Assembly (NCBI GenBank): GCA_964582235.1
Contig: CAZOQW010000001.1
Coordinates: 76,835-140,834, forward strand
Direction: 5' to 3'
DNA length: 64,000 nucleotides
DNA from: an uncultured Muribaculaceae bacterium
Lineage (GTDB): Bacteria; Bacteroidota; Bacteroidia; Bacteroidales; UBA932
The translations under genes were made by a program, and so were the position numbers. The notes below the pieces were generated by a model that was not told the origin of the DNA, searched no databases, and saw nothing but the letters and a program-made list of their open reading frames with translations. Numbering within the stretch: position 1 is the first letter of the stretch; each line of letters opens with the position of its first letter. Positions 36,076-45,701 of the stretch are shown in pieces.

Positions 36076-36739
36076 ACAATTAGTTTGTTTTGACCTCGAT
36101 GATACACTCTATAAAGAGGTATGGTATCTTAAATCGGCATTCAAGGAGGTTGCGAACTTTATCGCTCAATCCGGTGAATCTGATTCAGCTGCTATATATG
36201 AAGCTATGATAACATTGTGGGGCGAGGGTAAATCGCCTTTTCAAGAAATAAACACATTGCTCCATATAGATGTTCCCATTAAGGAGTGCCTACGTATCTA
36301 TCGGGAGCACAAACCGTATATCCATTTGGATGAAGGAACACAAAATACCCTGAAAGCCTTGCGAAAGAATGGTTGTACTATCGGGCTTATTACAGACGGC
36401 AGGAGCATAACCCAACGAAACAAGATAGAAGCGTTAGGTTTGCATACTTATATAGCAGAAAATGACATAATTGTTTCAGAGGAATTTGGTTCAGAGAAAC
36501 CTTCCGTACAAAACTACTTATACTTCATGGAGAAATACCCTCATGCTGCATTTACGTATGTAGGGGATAACCTTGCCAAAGATTTTATTGCTCCCAACTC
36601 ATTGGGTTGGAAAACCATTTGCCTTTTGGACAATGGAGAAAACATACATCAGCAAGATTTATCCTTATCCAAGGAGTATCAGCCAAATTTCTTTATCAAA
36701 GACATTATGGAAACTGTTGAACTGCTTAACAGATGTTGA
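36056..36739 (+). CDS. HAD-superfamily hydrolase
   Basis: FDLDDTLY, ITDG, EKP, YVGDNLAKDF. Confidence 0.85.
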   Translation: MMPFSCKQLVCFDLDDTLYKEVWYLKSAFKEVANFIAQSGESDSAAIYEAMITLWGEGKSPFQEINTLLHIDVPIKECLRIYREHKPYIHLDEGTQNTLKALRKNGCTIGLITDGRSITQRNKIEALGLHTYIAENDIIVSEEFGSEKPSVQNYLYFMEKYPHAAFTYVGDNLAKDFIAPNSLGWKTICLLDNGENIHQQDLSLSKEYQPNFFIKDIMETVELLNRC

Positions 36740-37395
36740 TAGAATTTAGTGGCTTGGATTGCGCCGGCAAGTCCACCCAAATTGATTTGCTTGTGGAATA
36801 CCTGCACAAGCGAGGGTATAAGGTTAAAACCGTTTGGAGTCGAGGTGGTTATACGCCGGGGATCACCTGGCTGAAGAATTTGGTACGAGGAGGGAAGGGG
36901 AAATCACCGGAGCAAATGTCTCAAGCCGAACGGGAGGCCAAAGCGAATGCAAAACCACAAGGCGGGAAGTTACTGTTGTGGTTGTCTATCCTTGACCTCA
37001 TTGCATACTGGGGTATTGTATTCAGAATATGGAGTAGAGGAAGGAAGGTATTATTGTGCGACAGATATTTATCGGACACATACATAGATTTCAAACTGAA
37101 ATATCCGACTGTATCATTTCAAAAATGGCAGGTTTGGAAAATTCTGGTAAATGTTTACAGAAAGCCAACTTACTCTTTTGTACTGACTATTACACCTGAA
37201 GAGAGTATGAGGAGATCAAGCCTGAAATTTGAGCCGTTCCCTGAATCGCAGGAGAAGCGGGAGAAGCGGCTTGAAATGTATTTGAAGGAAATTAAAAATG
37301 GCCGATGGCAATATGTGGTGGACTGCATGAGACCCATCAATGACATTCATCAAGAACTAAAATCGAAGATAGATGAAAATCTCGGAAATGCTTGA
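36733..37395 (+). CDS. Thymidylate-kinase-like P-loop kinase
   Basis: IEFSGLDCAGKSTQ, LCDRY. Confidence 0.8.
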   Translation: MLIEFSGLDCAGKSTQIDLLVEYLHKRGYKVKTVWSRGGYTPGITWLKNLVRGGKGKSPEQMSQAEREAKANAKPQGGKLLLWLSILDLIAYWGIVFRIWSRGRKVLLCDRYLSDTYIDFKLKYPTVSFQKWQVWKILVNVYRKPTYSFVLTITPEESMRRSSLKFEPFPESQEKREKRLEMYLKEIKNGRWQYVVDCMRPINDIHQELKSKIDENLGNA

Positions 37396-38500
37396 ACGGG
37401 AGGATTTCTACTCTATCCTGCAAGAAACACTACGGACTTACAGCACGCCATTGGGCTTCAACCCCGATCTCGTTGTGACGGAACGTAGCGAAAACAGTTG
37501 CGACTTATATATAAATCCCCGATTGAATGCCATATTGCCTAAGCGTCCGAGTCAGGCAATCATAGCATATCTTCAGACAGAATATCATGTCGGGGGCAGT
37601 TGGCCAAGGCGTATGGCTGTGAAAGGGTATTTGTGCTTGGCCACCCATTTTGTTAAACAATGCTCGCAACGAGGAATTCAAATAAAATATAAGCACGACA
37701 TAAGCAATCTGCTTATCTATCCATGTAACAAAAAGATACGCATATTCGACTTTGGAAAAAACATCGTTTATACTGTACTAAAACAAGGTTTCCCGGACAA
37801 TTATCTTCAACGGGAAATTCAATTTCGCCAAAGAGAAGCCAATGATTTTATTCCGGACATTATAGAGGCCGACAATGGCTTCTATTCGGAACAAATCATT
37901 AAAGGCAGACCATTGGCTCGCATTAACGATGGGAACTTTGTAAAGAATAAAAAAAGCGAAGCCTACCAACTGATACTATCGTTGACCCCAAAGGCAGAAA
38001 CTGTCAATACGAAAGAATACCTGAAATATCTTGCCGCAGAATGTGAGAAACGATTGCAAACGAAGCAGTTAACCATTGAATGCAAACAGGCTCAAGCGAT
38101 ATTTGATCTACTAATCAATAACTCCCCCGCTGAGGAAATTCCGATTGTGCTTAGTCATGGGGATTTCCAGTCGGGTAATATTTGGTTAGATGATGCAAAT
38201 AATGGTAAGTTGGTCATCATAGACTGGGAAACCGTAAAAAACCGAAGTCCTTTCTACGACCTGGCAGCACTCTTTCTGAATATGCGAAGAGACAAAAACG
38301 TTCAACGACTTTACGATAATATCTTGTCAGGTAAATGTGCAACGATGAGAGAATACGGTAATTCTGCCAAGTGTATCGGCACAGTCGTACTGGCAGAAGA
38401 ACTGGCTTATCAGACTGAAGAGTTGAGTAGCTTTCCCGGGAATATCGGAGTGAAAGAGTACAGACAAATCATAGAGCAATACATACATCTGAACTTATGA
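37373..38500 (+). CDS. APH/choline-kinase-like phosphotransferase
   Basis: Brenner motif SHGDFQSGNI, IIDWE, FYDLA. Confidence 0.8.
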   Translation: MKISEMLEREDFYSILQETLRTYSTPLGFNPDLVVTERSENSCDLYINPRLNAILPKRPSQAIIAYLQTEYHVGGSWPRRMAVKGYLCLATHFVKQCSQRGIQIKYKHDISNLLIYPCNKKIRIFDFGKNIVYTVLKQGFPDNYLQREIQFRQREANDFIPDIIEADNGFYSEQIIKGRPLARINDGNFVKNKKSEAYQLILSLTPKAETVNTKEYLKYLAAECEKRLQTKQLTIECKQAQAIFDLLINNSPAEEIPIVLSHGDFQSGNIWLDDANNGKLVIIDWETVKNRSPFYDLAALFLNMRRDKNVQRLYDNILSGKCATMREYGNSAKCIGTVVLAEELAYQTEELSSFPGNIGVKEYRQIIEQYIHLNL

Positions 38501-39732
38501 TTGAGCAGATATTTGGGAATGAGTATTTCAAACTGATGTCATACATCATCAGAGAGAAGAACACCGATGAAGAGATTGCTTATATCAAGCAATCTGTCTC
38601 CATATTGCAGTCCGAAGAGTTTTACGAGATAGCCAAAGAGCATGAGCTGGTAAGCACCATTGCCGTAAAACTAAAAAAGAAAACCGGCATTGAGCTGGGG
38701 AATGCTTGGATGAGAGAGGTGGAGGACACCCGGAAACGACTGTCATTTCTCTTCAATGCAGTAGAAAAAATAGGAGAAGACCTGAAAGCACACGGTATTC
38801 CCTTAATACTTTTAAAGAATGGTGGCATTGCCATAGACATCATGGATGATTTGGCTGAATGTCCTATGGGTGACATAGATATGTTGTGTCGCAAAACTGA
38901 TTTTTATGCTGTACACGAAATTATCTTGAATCATGGATTCCAGTTCAAATTTCGAAGTATTCATGAATTTGAGGATTTAGATGAAGCCTTTGCTGATGGA
39001 AGTACAGAATACAGCTACGAGGATGAGAACGGCGAAACGCTGTGGATAGAGTTGGCATGGCGGCCTGTTGCCGGTCGCTGGATACGCAAAGATAAAGAGC
39101 CGGATGCAGAGAGGCTTGTCGCGGACTCCCACGCGGCGAAGCGTTCATGTTGTCACGTCCTTTCCAACGAGGACAACCTATTGCAGGTCTCCATTCATAC
39201 GGCCAAACATTCCTACGTGAGGGCTCCTGGCTATCGTCTGCATTTGGATGTAGATCGCATAGTATCGAATAAAGAAATAGACTGGGATTTGTTCCTGCAA
39301 AAGGTGGATGCTGTAAATTCTAAGACTGCGGTGTATTTTTCATTGTATCTGGCACATGAGATTCTGGGGACAGATATACCAGAAAACGTATTGAACGCAC
39401 TAAGGCCAGCAAAGCGCAAGGAAAAGCGTATTATGAGAATGCTTCTGAAAGCAAACCTGATGCATCCACATGGACGCAAATTCTCAAAAGTAGGGTTTAT
39501 CGCTTTTCAGACGTCTCTGTATGATTCTTATAGGGATTTACTTGCTGTATTATTCCCTCCCGGCAGCGCGCTAAAGGCAAAATATAATTATCGCAGCAAT
39601 GTCCTCACTCCGTATTTTTGGCTGGTATATGCTTTAGACATGGTTGGGATAAGGAAAGCGAAGACAGATAAAAAGCAATACGCCTCCATGGAAAATAAAA
39701 TAATTTCAGAGGGGGGGGGAGTAAATCGCTAA
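38497..39732 (+). CDS. Nucleotidyltransferase family protein 1 (NTP_transf_5-like)
   Basis: LILLKNGG, PMGDIDML, IELAW, LLQVSIHTAKH, LHLDV. Confidence 0.75.
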   Translation: MIEQIFGNEYFKLMSYIIREKNTDEEIAYIKQSVSILQSEEFYEIAKEHELVSTIAVKLKKKTGIELGNAWMREVEDTRKRLSFLFNAVEKIGEDLKAHGIPLILLKNGGIAIDIMDDLAECPMGDIDMLCRKTDFYAVHEIILNHGFQFKFRSIHEFEDLDEAFADGSTEYSYEDENGETLWIELAWRPVAGRWIRKDKEPDAERLVADSHAAKRSCCHVLSNEDNLLQVSIHTAKHSYVRAPGYRLHLDVDRIVSNKEIDWDLFLQKVDAVNSKTAVYFSLYLAHEILGTDIPENVLNALRPAKRKEKRIMRMLLKANLMHPHGRKFSKVGFIAFQTSLYDSYRDLLAVLFPPGSALKAKYNYRSNVLTPYFWLVYALDMVGIRKAKTDKKQYASMENKIISEGGGVNR

Positions 39733-40700
39733 GCCATAAAGATTTACAGAAAATAGAAAGACTTGGAATATTTAAAATCTCTCGATTCGCTTATGCCAAT
39801 AAGACCTTGCCATTTGTCGCCAAATTAATGGTGGAAAACAACAGCAATACCGGCTTTTGGCTTCCAATTATTAAATCATACCAAATCCGCAATTCACTGA
39901 TAAAGGCTGCTCTTGAGGCATTGTTTGAAAAAACAAACAGCCAAGGGGTGAAGCACTTGTTTGTATCAGAAAATTTCGCTGCCCTTCTCAAATCAGGTAA
40001 TAACATAGGGTTGTTTGCTTCTGGAGATGTTGATTTGGTGGCAGACACAAAAGAGATGACTTTGATAAAAGGAGTGCTTGACGATTTAGGATATGAGTAT
40101 ACTGACATATCAGCAAACGGCAGTCTCTTGATTACTCATTGCAGGAATGATAGACAGTTGCCATTTGGATTTGTATTAAATATCAACTGGACCCTATTCC
40201 CGCGAAAATATTTACCCCCGATTATTACGACCTCCCAAGCTGTAGATTACGAAAAGCTGGAATGTCTTGGTGGAAGTATCAAAATACCGGATTTAACATC
40301 TTTGCTATATGTATGCTTGTTGCACACCTCTCTCCATTCTTTCTGTCGGAAACCGGGCATACGGTTGTATGTCGATATTGCCAATTTGCAGCGTAAATGC
40401 ACGGAAGAAGTCTGGCAAGAGGTATTGGCAAGAGCTTCAAAGGATGGTGTGTATAGAAGAGTTGTCACAGCTATTTCTGTGTCAAAACGCCTTGGTGTCG
40501 ATGGCATTCCGGGCGGTCTGAGTCCGAGTGGGAGTAGTGTCCTCGTGGCATTAGTGTGCAAAAAGAATGGGCTGCGATTAAACATGTCAAGTTCCGTTGT
40601 TTTCAGTTGTCTTGTGGAGATGCTTTGCGATGACAAAGGCTGTGTTCATTTTTTGAGTGAGCTGATGTCAAATACTCTTTTCAAAAGAAAAACCATATAA
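39688..40700 (+). pseudogene. Nucleotidyltransferase family protein 2, out of frame at a G9 tract (candidate phase-variable gene)
   Basis: Downstream frame is open from the G9 (39711-39719) through SKSLSHKDLQK...LFVSEN...SGDVDL...LLHTSLH...LYVDI; G10 or G7 joins it to ATG 39688 and to ORF 38497. Confidence 0.7.
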
Positions 40701-40712
40701 AACAACTAATTT

Positions 40713-41990
40713 GTGAATAGGATTTATTTATGTCTCGCCCACATGAGCGGGCAGGAACAGAAGTATATCAAAGAGGCGTTTGATACGAACTGGGTAGTTC
40801 CATTAGGGCCCAACGTGAACGGATTTGAAGAAGATTTGAAACAATTTGTGGAAAGTGATCCGAATGGCGAAAAGATGAATTGGACACAGACTCATGGTAA
40901 AGAAGTGGTTGCACTCTCTTCCGGCACAGCGGCTGTCCATTTGTCGTTGGTTGCACTCGGTGTACAAGCAGGCGATGAGGTTATATGCCAGTCGTTCACA
41001 TTCTGCGCATCGTGCAACCCCATCAAGTATTTGGGGGCAACTCCTGTATTTGTAGATTCAGAACCCGAAACATGGAACATGGATCCATCGTTATTAGAAG
41101 AAGCTATCAAGGATCGTATTAAGAAAGTTGGACGCAAGCCCAAAGCCATTGTGGTGGTCTATCTTTATGGTATGCCCGCCAAGATCGACGAAATACTGGC
41201 CATAGCTCAAAAATATGACATACCTCTTGTTGAAGACGCAGCAGAAGGACTTGGAAGCAGATACAAAGGACGGGTATGTGGCACATTTGGCGAATATGGC
41301 GTACTGTCGTTCAATGGCAACAAGATGATAACAACTTCAGGCGGTGGAGCGTTGATATGCCCCAACAAGGAAGCCAAACAGGAAGTCATGTTCTATGCTA
41401 CACAAGCTCGTGAAAGCTACACTTATTACCAACACGAACAAATTGGCTACAATTACCGCATGAGTAATATCTGCGCCGGAATCGGGCGAGGGCAGATGAC
41501 TGTGTTGAATGAACATATTCTTCATCATAAGCAACTTGCTTCATTATATGAGGAAATGTTTGCGAATATTTCGGGGATTACTTTTCACCGGAATCCATCA
41601 GAAGCAATAGATTCCAATTATTGGTTAAACACTATTACCCTCGACCCCGAACTACAGGTGAAAGGTGAAGAAAAAGCATACGCAGAGAAAGTGCAAGGCG
41701 CAGTGGGTGGCGCAGCAGGTGTAATGCACAGCACAACATCCACCCATACTGACTGCGAGCCAAACAACAACGTGGAAGCTATGCGAATGGCTCTTGATGC
41801 CGAAGGCATTGAAAGTCGCCCGCTGTGGAAACCCATGCACTTGCAACCTGTTCACAAAGAATGCCCAAGTTACGTGAACGGAGTTTCAGAATCTTTGTTC
41901 AAAATTGGATTATGTCTGCCGAGCGGACCTTACGTTTCCGTAGAGGATGCCATTCGTATTGTTACGGTAATTAAACAGCAAATAAAATAA
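40713..41990 (+). CDS. DegT/DnrJ sugar aminotransferase (PglE-like)
   Basis: SSGTAAVHL, VEDAAE.LG, SFNGNKMITTSGGG, GYNYRMSN, ESRPLWKPMH, CLPSG. Confidence 0.93.
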   Translation: MNRIYLCLAHMSGQEQKYIKEAFDTNWVVPLGPNVNGFEEDLKQFVESDPNGEKMNWTQTHGKEVVALSSGTAAVHLSLVALGVQAGDEVICQSFTFCASCNPIKYLGATPVFVDSEPETWNMDPSLLEEAIKDRIKKVGRKPKAIVVVYLYGMPAKIDEILAIAQKYDIPLVEDAAEGLGSRYKGRVCGTFGEYGVLSFNGNKMITTSGGGALICPNKEAKQEVMFYATQARESYTYYQHEQIGYNYRMSNICAGIGRGQMTVLNEHILHHKQLASLYEEMFANISGITFHRNPSEAIDSNYWLNTITLDPELQVKGEEKAYAEKVQGAVGGAAGVMHSTTSTHTDCEPNNNVEAMRMALDAEGIESRPLWKPMHLQPVHKECPSYVNGVSESLFKIGLCLPSGPYVSVEDAIRIVTVIKQQIK

Positions 41991-43903
41991 TGAAAGTATT
42001 TTCAAAATTTGCCTATTGGTATTTCACCAAGGGAGCTTTGCCGTATTGGTTTATTTTCATTGGTGACTGTATCATTTTCGTCCTATCCGGATTGTTTGTG
42101 TATGCATTCAATCATGGAACGCTGCTTACATTGCAAGCATTTTGGGCAGTATTGGCAACCCTTTCATTTTATCTGCTGTTTTACATAGTCGGTTTCAGAC
42201 TATTCCACACATATGCAGGAATCATACGCTATTCTTCTTTCAACGACCTGCAGAGGACTGCTTCAGCTATCCTTGTTGGATGCCTATTGTCCATATTATA
42301 TAACCAATGGGATGGTTTAAATTTTCTCCCTGTCGATCTATTTGTGCGAGACATCTTGGCCACCTCTATTCTGAGTTTATTGATTATGTGGGGAATCAAG
42401 ATTCTCATAAAGAATGTATATGATGCTACTTATCATACCTTACAAGCCAAACGAGTATTCATATATGGGGTAAAACATGGTGGGGTAGCCTTGGCTAAAA
42501 GTATCCGAAATGATAATCCCGCTAAATACATTTTAGCCGGTTTTGTTTCTGACGAAAAAGAATTGCGACATCACATTCTTATGGGGGTGAAAATTTATCT
42601 GAACAATGACACATTGATTTCAATGATGAAGAAAGAACGAGCGGATACATTATTAGTGCCTCCACTGAAAAGCCAAAGATTGAAAGAAAATGTTCAAATG
42701 GTTAATAATCTGATAGAAAACGGCATTCACATTTTGGTTGTTCCTGACGCACAAGAATTGAATGAAAAAGGAGAGATTAATCTTTTGCAGCTACGAGAAA
42801 TAAATATAGAAGACTTATTGGCACGCGAGAAGATTGAAATCAATATGGAAGTTGTCGGGAAGCTGCTTAGTAACAAAAAGATTCTGATTACAGGAGCTGC
42901 GGGAAGCATTGGAAGTGAGATCGTCCGTCAAGTAGCTCTTTATAATCCGACTGAATTGGTTCTAGTTGATCAGGCCGAAACACCACTACATGACATACGA
43001 CTAATGATGGTGCAAGATTTTCCTTTCATTAAGTCATACACCTTGGTCGGGGATATTGCCAATCAAGAGAGAATGGAAGAAATATTTCAGGCTCATAAGC
43101 CTGACTATGTGTTTCATGCGGCGGCCTACAAACATGTTCCCATGATGGAAGACAATCCAAGTGAAAGCATTATAAACAACGTTCTTGGTACTCAAAATAT
43201 AGCAGACTTGTCGGTCAGATATGGTATCAAGAAATTTGTACTGATTTCAACTGACAAAGCTGTAAATCCAACTAATGTGATGGGTTGTTCTAAAAGAATT
43301 TGTGAAATTTATGTCCAAAGTTTGGATAAGGCTATTAAGGAGGGGAAAATTAAAGGAGTAACACAATTTGTCACTACGCGATTTGGTAATGTATTAGGAT
43401 CTAATGGTTCGGTAATACCATTGTTTAAGGAACAAATCAAGAACGGAGGCCCGGTCACAGTAACCCATCCGGACATTGTACGCTATTTCATGCTCATTCC
43501 AGAAGCCTGTAAGCTTGTTCTGGAGGCGGGAACTATGGGGTATGGAGGAGAGATTTTTGTTTTTGACATGGGAAAACCCGTAAAAATCATAGATTTGGCC
43601 AAACGGATGATTCAGTTAAGCCATGCCAAAAACATTGAAATAAAAATCACAGGACTTCGGGATGGGGAAAAACTATATGAAGAGGTCTTGAATGAGGAAG
43701 AAACTACCTTGCCAACTTTCCATCCTAAGATAAAAATTGCCAAGGTACGTGAATATGATTATGACTCCATCCGCTTAAAAATTGACGATTTGATTCAGAG
43801 TAGTATACATGATGACGATATGCACATTGTTGGACAAATGAAAGCGATTGTTCCCGAATTTAAAAGCCAGCATTCAAAATATGAAATACTGGATAATACA
43901 TAA
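41990..43903 (+). CDS. Membrane-anchored NDP-sugar 4,6-dehydratase (PglF/CapD-like)
   Basis: N-terminal TM segments, [60 protein letters not shown]. Confidence 0.93.
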   Translation: MKVFSKFAYWYFTKGALPYWFIFIGDCIIFVLSGLFVYAFNHGTLLTLQAFWAVLATLSFYLLFYIVGFRLFHTYAGIIRYSSFNDLQRTASAILVGCLLSILYNQWDGLNFLPVDLFVRDILATSILSLLIMWGIKILIKNVYDATYHTLQAKRVFIYGVKHGGVALAKSIRNDNPAKYILAGFVSDEKELRHHILMGVKIYLNNDTLISMMKKERADTLLVPPLKSQRLKENVQMVNNLIENGIHILVVPDAQELNEKGEINLLQLREINIEDLLAREKIEINMEVVGKLLSNKKILITGAAGSIGSEIVRQVALYNPTELVLVDQAETPLHDIRLMMVQDFPFIKSYTLVGDIANQERMEEIFQAHKPDYVFHAAAYKHVPMMEDNPSESIINNVLGTQNIADLSVRYGIKKFVLISTDKAVNPTNVMGCSKRICEIYVQSLDKAIKEGKIKGVTQFVTTRFGNVLGSNGSVIPLFKEQIKNGGPVTVTHPDIVRYFMLIPEACKLVLEAGTMGYGGEIFVFDMGKPVKIIDLAKRMIQLSHAKNIEIKITGLRDGEKLYEEVLNEEETTLPTFHPKIKIAKVREYDYDSIRLKIDDLIQSSIHDDDMHIVGQMKAIVPEFKSQHSKYEILDNT

Positions 43904-43995
43904 AAAGAATTCTAAGCGAACCTAAGAAGCAAATCCGCAGGTACACCGAGATAAACACCGGCCAGTTTAACCTTATAAAATTCACAAAAATGAAT

Positions 43996-44205
43996 ATGAA
44001 AACAGTTCTTATTACGGGCGTAACCGATCAGGACGGCTCCTATTTGGCCGAATTCCTGTTGGAAAAGGGTTATGACGTACACGGCACCATACGCCGCTCG
44101 TCAGTCGATTACCGCTCCTGTCACAATCGAAGACTAAGTATGGGTGGCGGCAATCCTGCGAAATTTATCAGGAAACGACAAATAAAGGAGGCGGAAAACA
44201 GTTAA
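43996..44205 (+). pseudogene. Chimeric remnant: gmd 5' fragment fused to WcaF-like acetyltransferase fragments
   Basis: [40 protein letters not shown], then PVTIED (other frame) and [11 protein letters not shown] typical of hexapeptide acetyltransferase C-termini. Confidence 0.75.
44029..44115 (+). repeat. 87-bp exact direct repeat, copy 1 (copy 2 at 45735-45821 in gmd)
   Basis: caggacggctcc...gtcgattaccgc is identical in both places. Confidence 0.95.
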
Positions 44206-45371
44206 TACATCATGCCGAAAGTCCAAAGGGGAAGCGTGGCCAGTCCGGCGGTTTCGATATCGTCTTTCACAATGTAAGCGTTTTGCCCGCCCCTGACCTG
44301 TTTCGTTCCTTTGTTTTTGCCGCCTACCTCGAATGTGTACTCACCAATTGTGAAATCCGACAGGCGTGATGACAACGGAACGTGGGTGACACGGGTCAAT
44401 GCATAGAAGAATGTTTCGCGCAGGTTGCCAATGTTGGGCGTGGTGTCGGAAAGAGCGTAAGCCATATTGGTGTTGTCAAGATAAACCTTGTCAATCTTAC
44501 CGAGTCCGCTGATACCCTGCACATCGCTACGCAAGCGGCCAATCATACCCGCCTTCTCAAGGTAAGCGAAAATGTCGTTCAACTGGTTACGGCTGATATT
44601 GATGTCTTGGGCTATTTTGGCCATGTTGGGCTTGAACGGCACACTTTGAGCTATAATATACATCAATTGCTTAAGTTTTCGAGCCGTGGCAATGCCGAAA
44701 TTTGCAAAAGTCGGGATATCGGTTTCCAATGTGGTGTTGATTACGGCGTTCAGTCTTGACAAATAACCTTTTTCCTTGAAAAATGGATAATAACCCTCAC
44801 GCAAGTATTGATGAAAATACGGTAGTGGACGATGTTCCTTGGGAAGATTGACTTCGCCGCGAAGAACATCTTCAAAACTTGCAACCGGTACACGGATGCC
44901 GAAACCAAAATCAAGGTATTCGCGAAATGACAGCCCATACATGGTGTATTGCAACTGGCGCCGTGAAAGATCCGCACCGCCTTTTTCGAGTTCAAGAATG
45001 GATGAGCCTGTGTAGACCACGTTGAGATTGGGAAGACTATCGTAAATATTCTTTATTTCTGCCGACCAATTGCCATACCGATGTATCTCATCGATGTAAA
45101 GACATGTGCCGCCGTTATGATAAAATGTCTCTGCAAGTTCCACCAAAGTATGCCTGCTGAAGTAGAGGTCATCGGCCGTTACATAAAGAGATGCGGACAG
45201 GTTGCCATGCCGCTTGATGTGCTGGAGCAACATCGTGGTTTTGCCCACACCCCGTGCGCCAAGAATGGCGATAAGACGTGCATCCCATTCTATTTTTGGT
45301 TCAAGGTATCTGACAAACCGTGTGTCTGTATTGCGCAGCAGTTCCCTGTATTTCATTATTAGTTGTTCCAT
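44202..45371 (-). CDS. AAA+ ATPase with DUF4143-like C-terminus
   Basis: [33 protein letters not shown]-like [29 protein letters not shown]; start set at MEQLIMKY. Confidence 0.85.
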   Translation of the reverse strand: MEQLIMKYRELLRNTDTRFVRYLEPKIEWDARLIAILGARGVGKTTMLLQHIKRHGNLSASLYVTADDLYFSRHTLVELAETFYHNGGTCLYIDEIHRYGNWSAEIKNIYDSLPNLNVVYTGSSILELEKGGADLSRRQLQYTMYGLSFREYLDFGFGIRVPVASFEDVLRGEVNLPKEHRPLPYFHQYLREGYYPFFKEKGYLSRLNAVINTTLETDIPTFANFGIATARKLKQLMYIIAQSVPFKPNMAKIAQDINISRNQLNDIFAYLEKAGMIGRLRSDVQGISGLGKIDKVYLDNTNMAYALSDTTPNIGNLRETFFYALTRVTHVPLSSRLSDFTIGEYTFEVGGKNKGTKQVRGGQNAYIVKDDIETAGLATLPLWTFGMMY

Positions 45372-45388
45372 AATCGTGATGTTTGAGG

Positions 45389-45456
45389 CAAAGGTATAAA
45401 AATGCACTGTAAAATGTGCATTTTTTCGCAAAAACGCACTATAGAATGTGCATTTT
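45389..45456 (-). promoter_or_regulatory. ATPase promoter (TACCTTTG at 45389-45396) with two palindromic 24-bp repeats
   Basis: aatgcactgtaaaatgtgcatttt (45401-45424) and aacgcactatagaatgtgcatttt (45433-45456). Confidence 0.6.
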
Positions 45457-45467
45457 CATAGATAGTC

Positions 45468-45700
45468 ATGATATTGCCGATCTTTCAGTCATCATCCTCA
45501 CCTATAACGATGAGTTGCACATCCGCCGATTTGCTTGATATCGAATTGGCCTGACCGGCTCTCGACAGATGCGGACAGCTGCAAGAAAATCAGCCCGCAG
45601 GCCTTGGCCAAACGGAGTATTCTCCAACCCGTTGTTTTGGGCATGCGCTACCCGTACAATATATCCGAGATTCTTATGACAAAACTCAACAACATATTCA
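45468..45700 (+). pseudogene. Collapsed GT2 glycosyltransferase remnant
   Basis: DLSVIILTYNDELHIRR at 45479-45529, followed in shifting frames by [18 protein letters not shown]. Confidence 0.6.
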
Positions 45701-45701
45701 A

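Noticed and set aside
41640-41780. Ala/Gly/Thr-rich insertion in the aminotransferase as a possible intein or intron
   Set aside because: Too short, no intein terminal motifs (C/S...HN) and frame intact; treated as a loop insertion.
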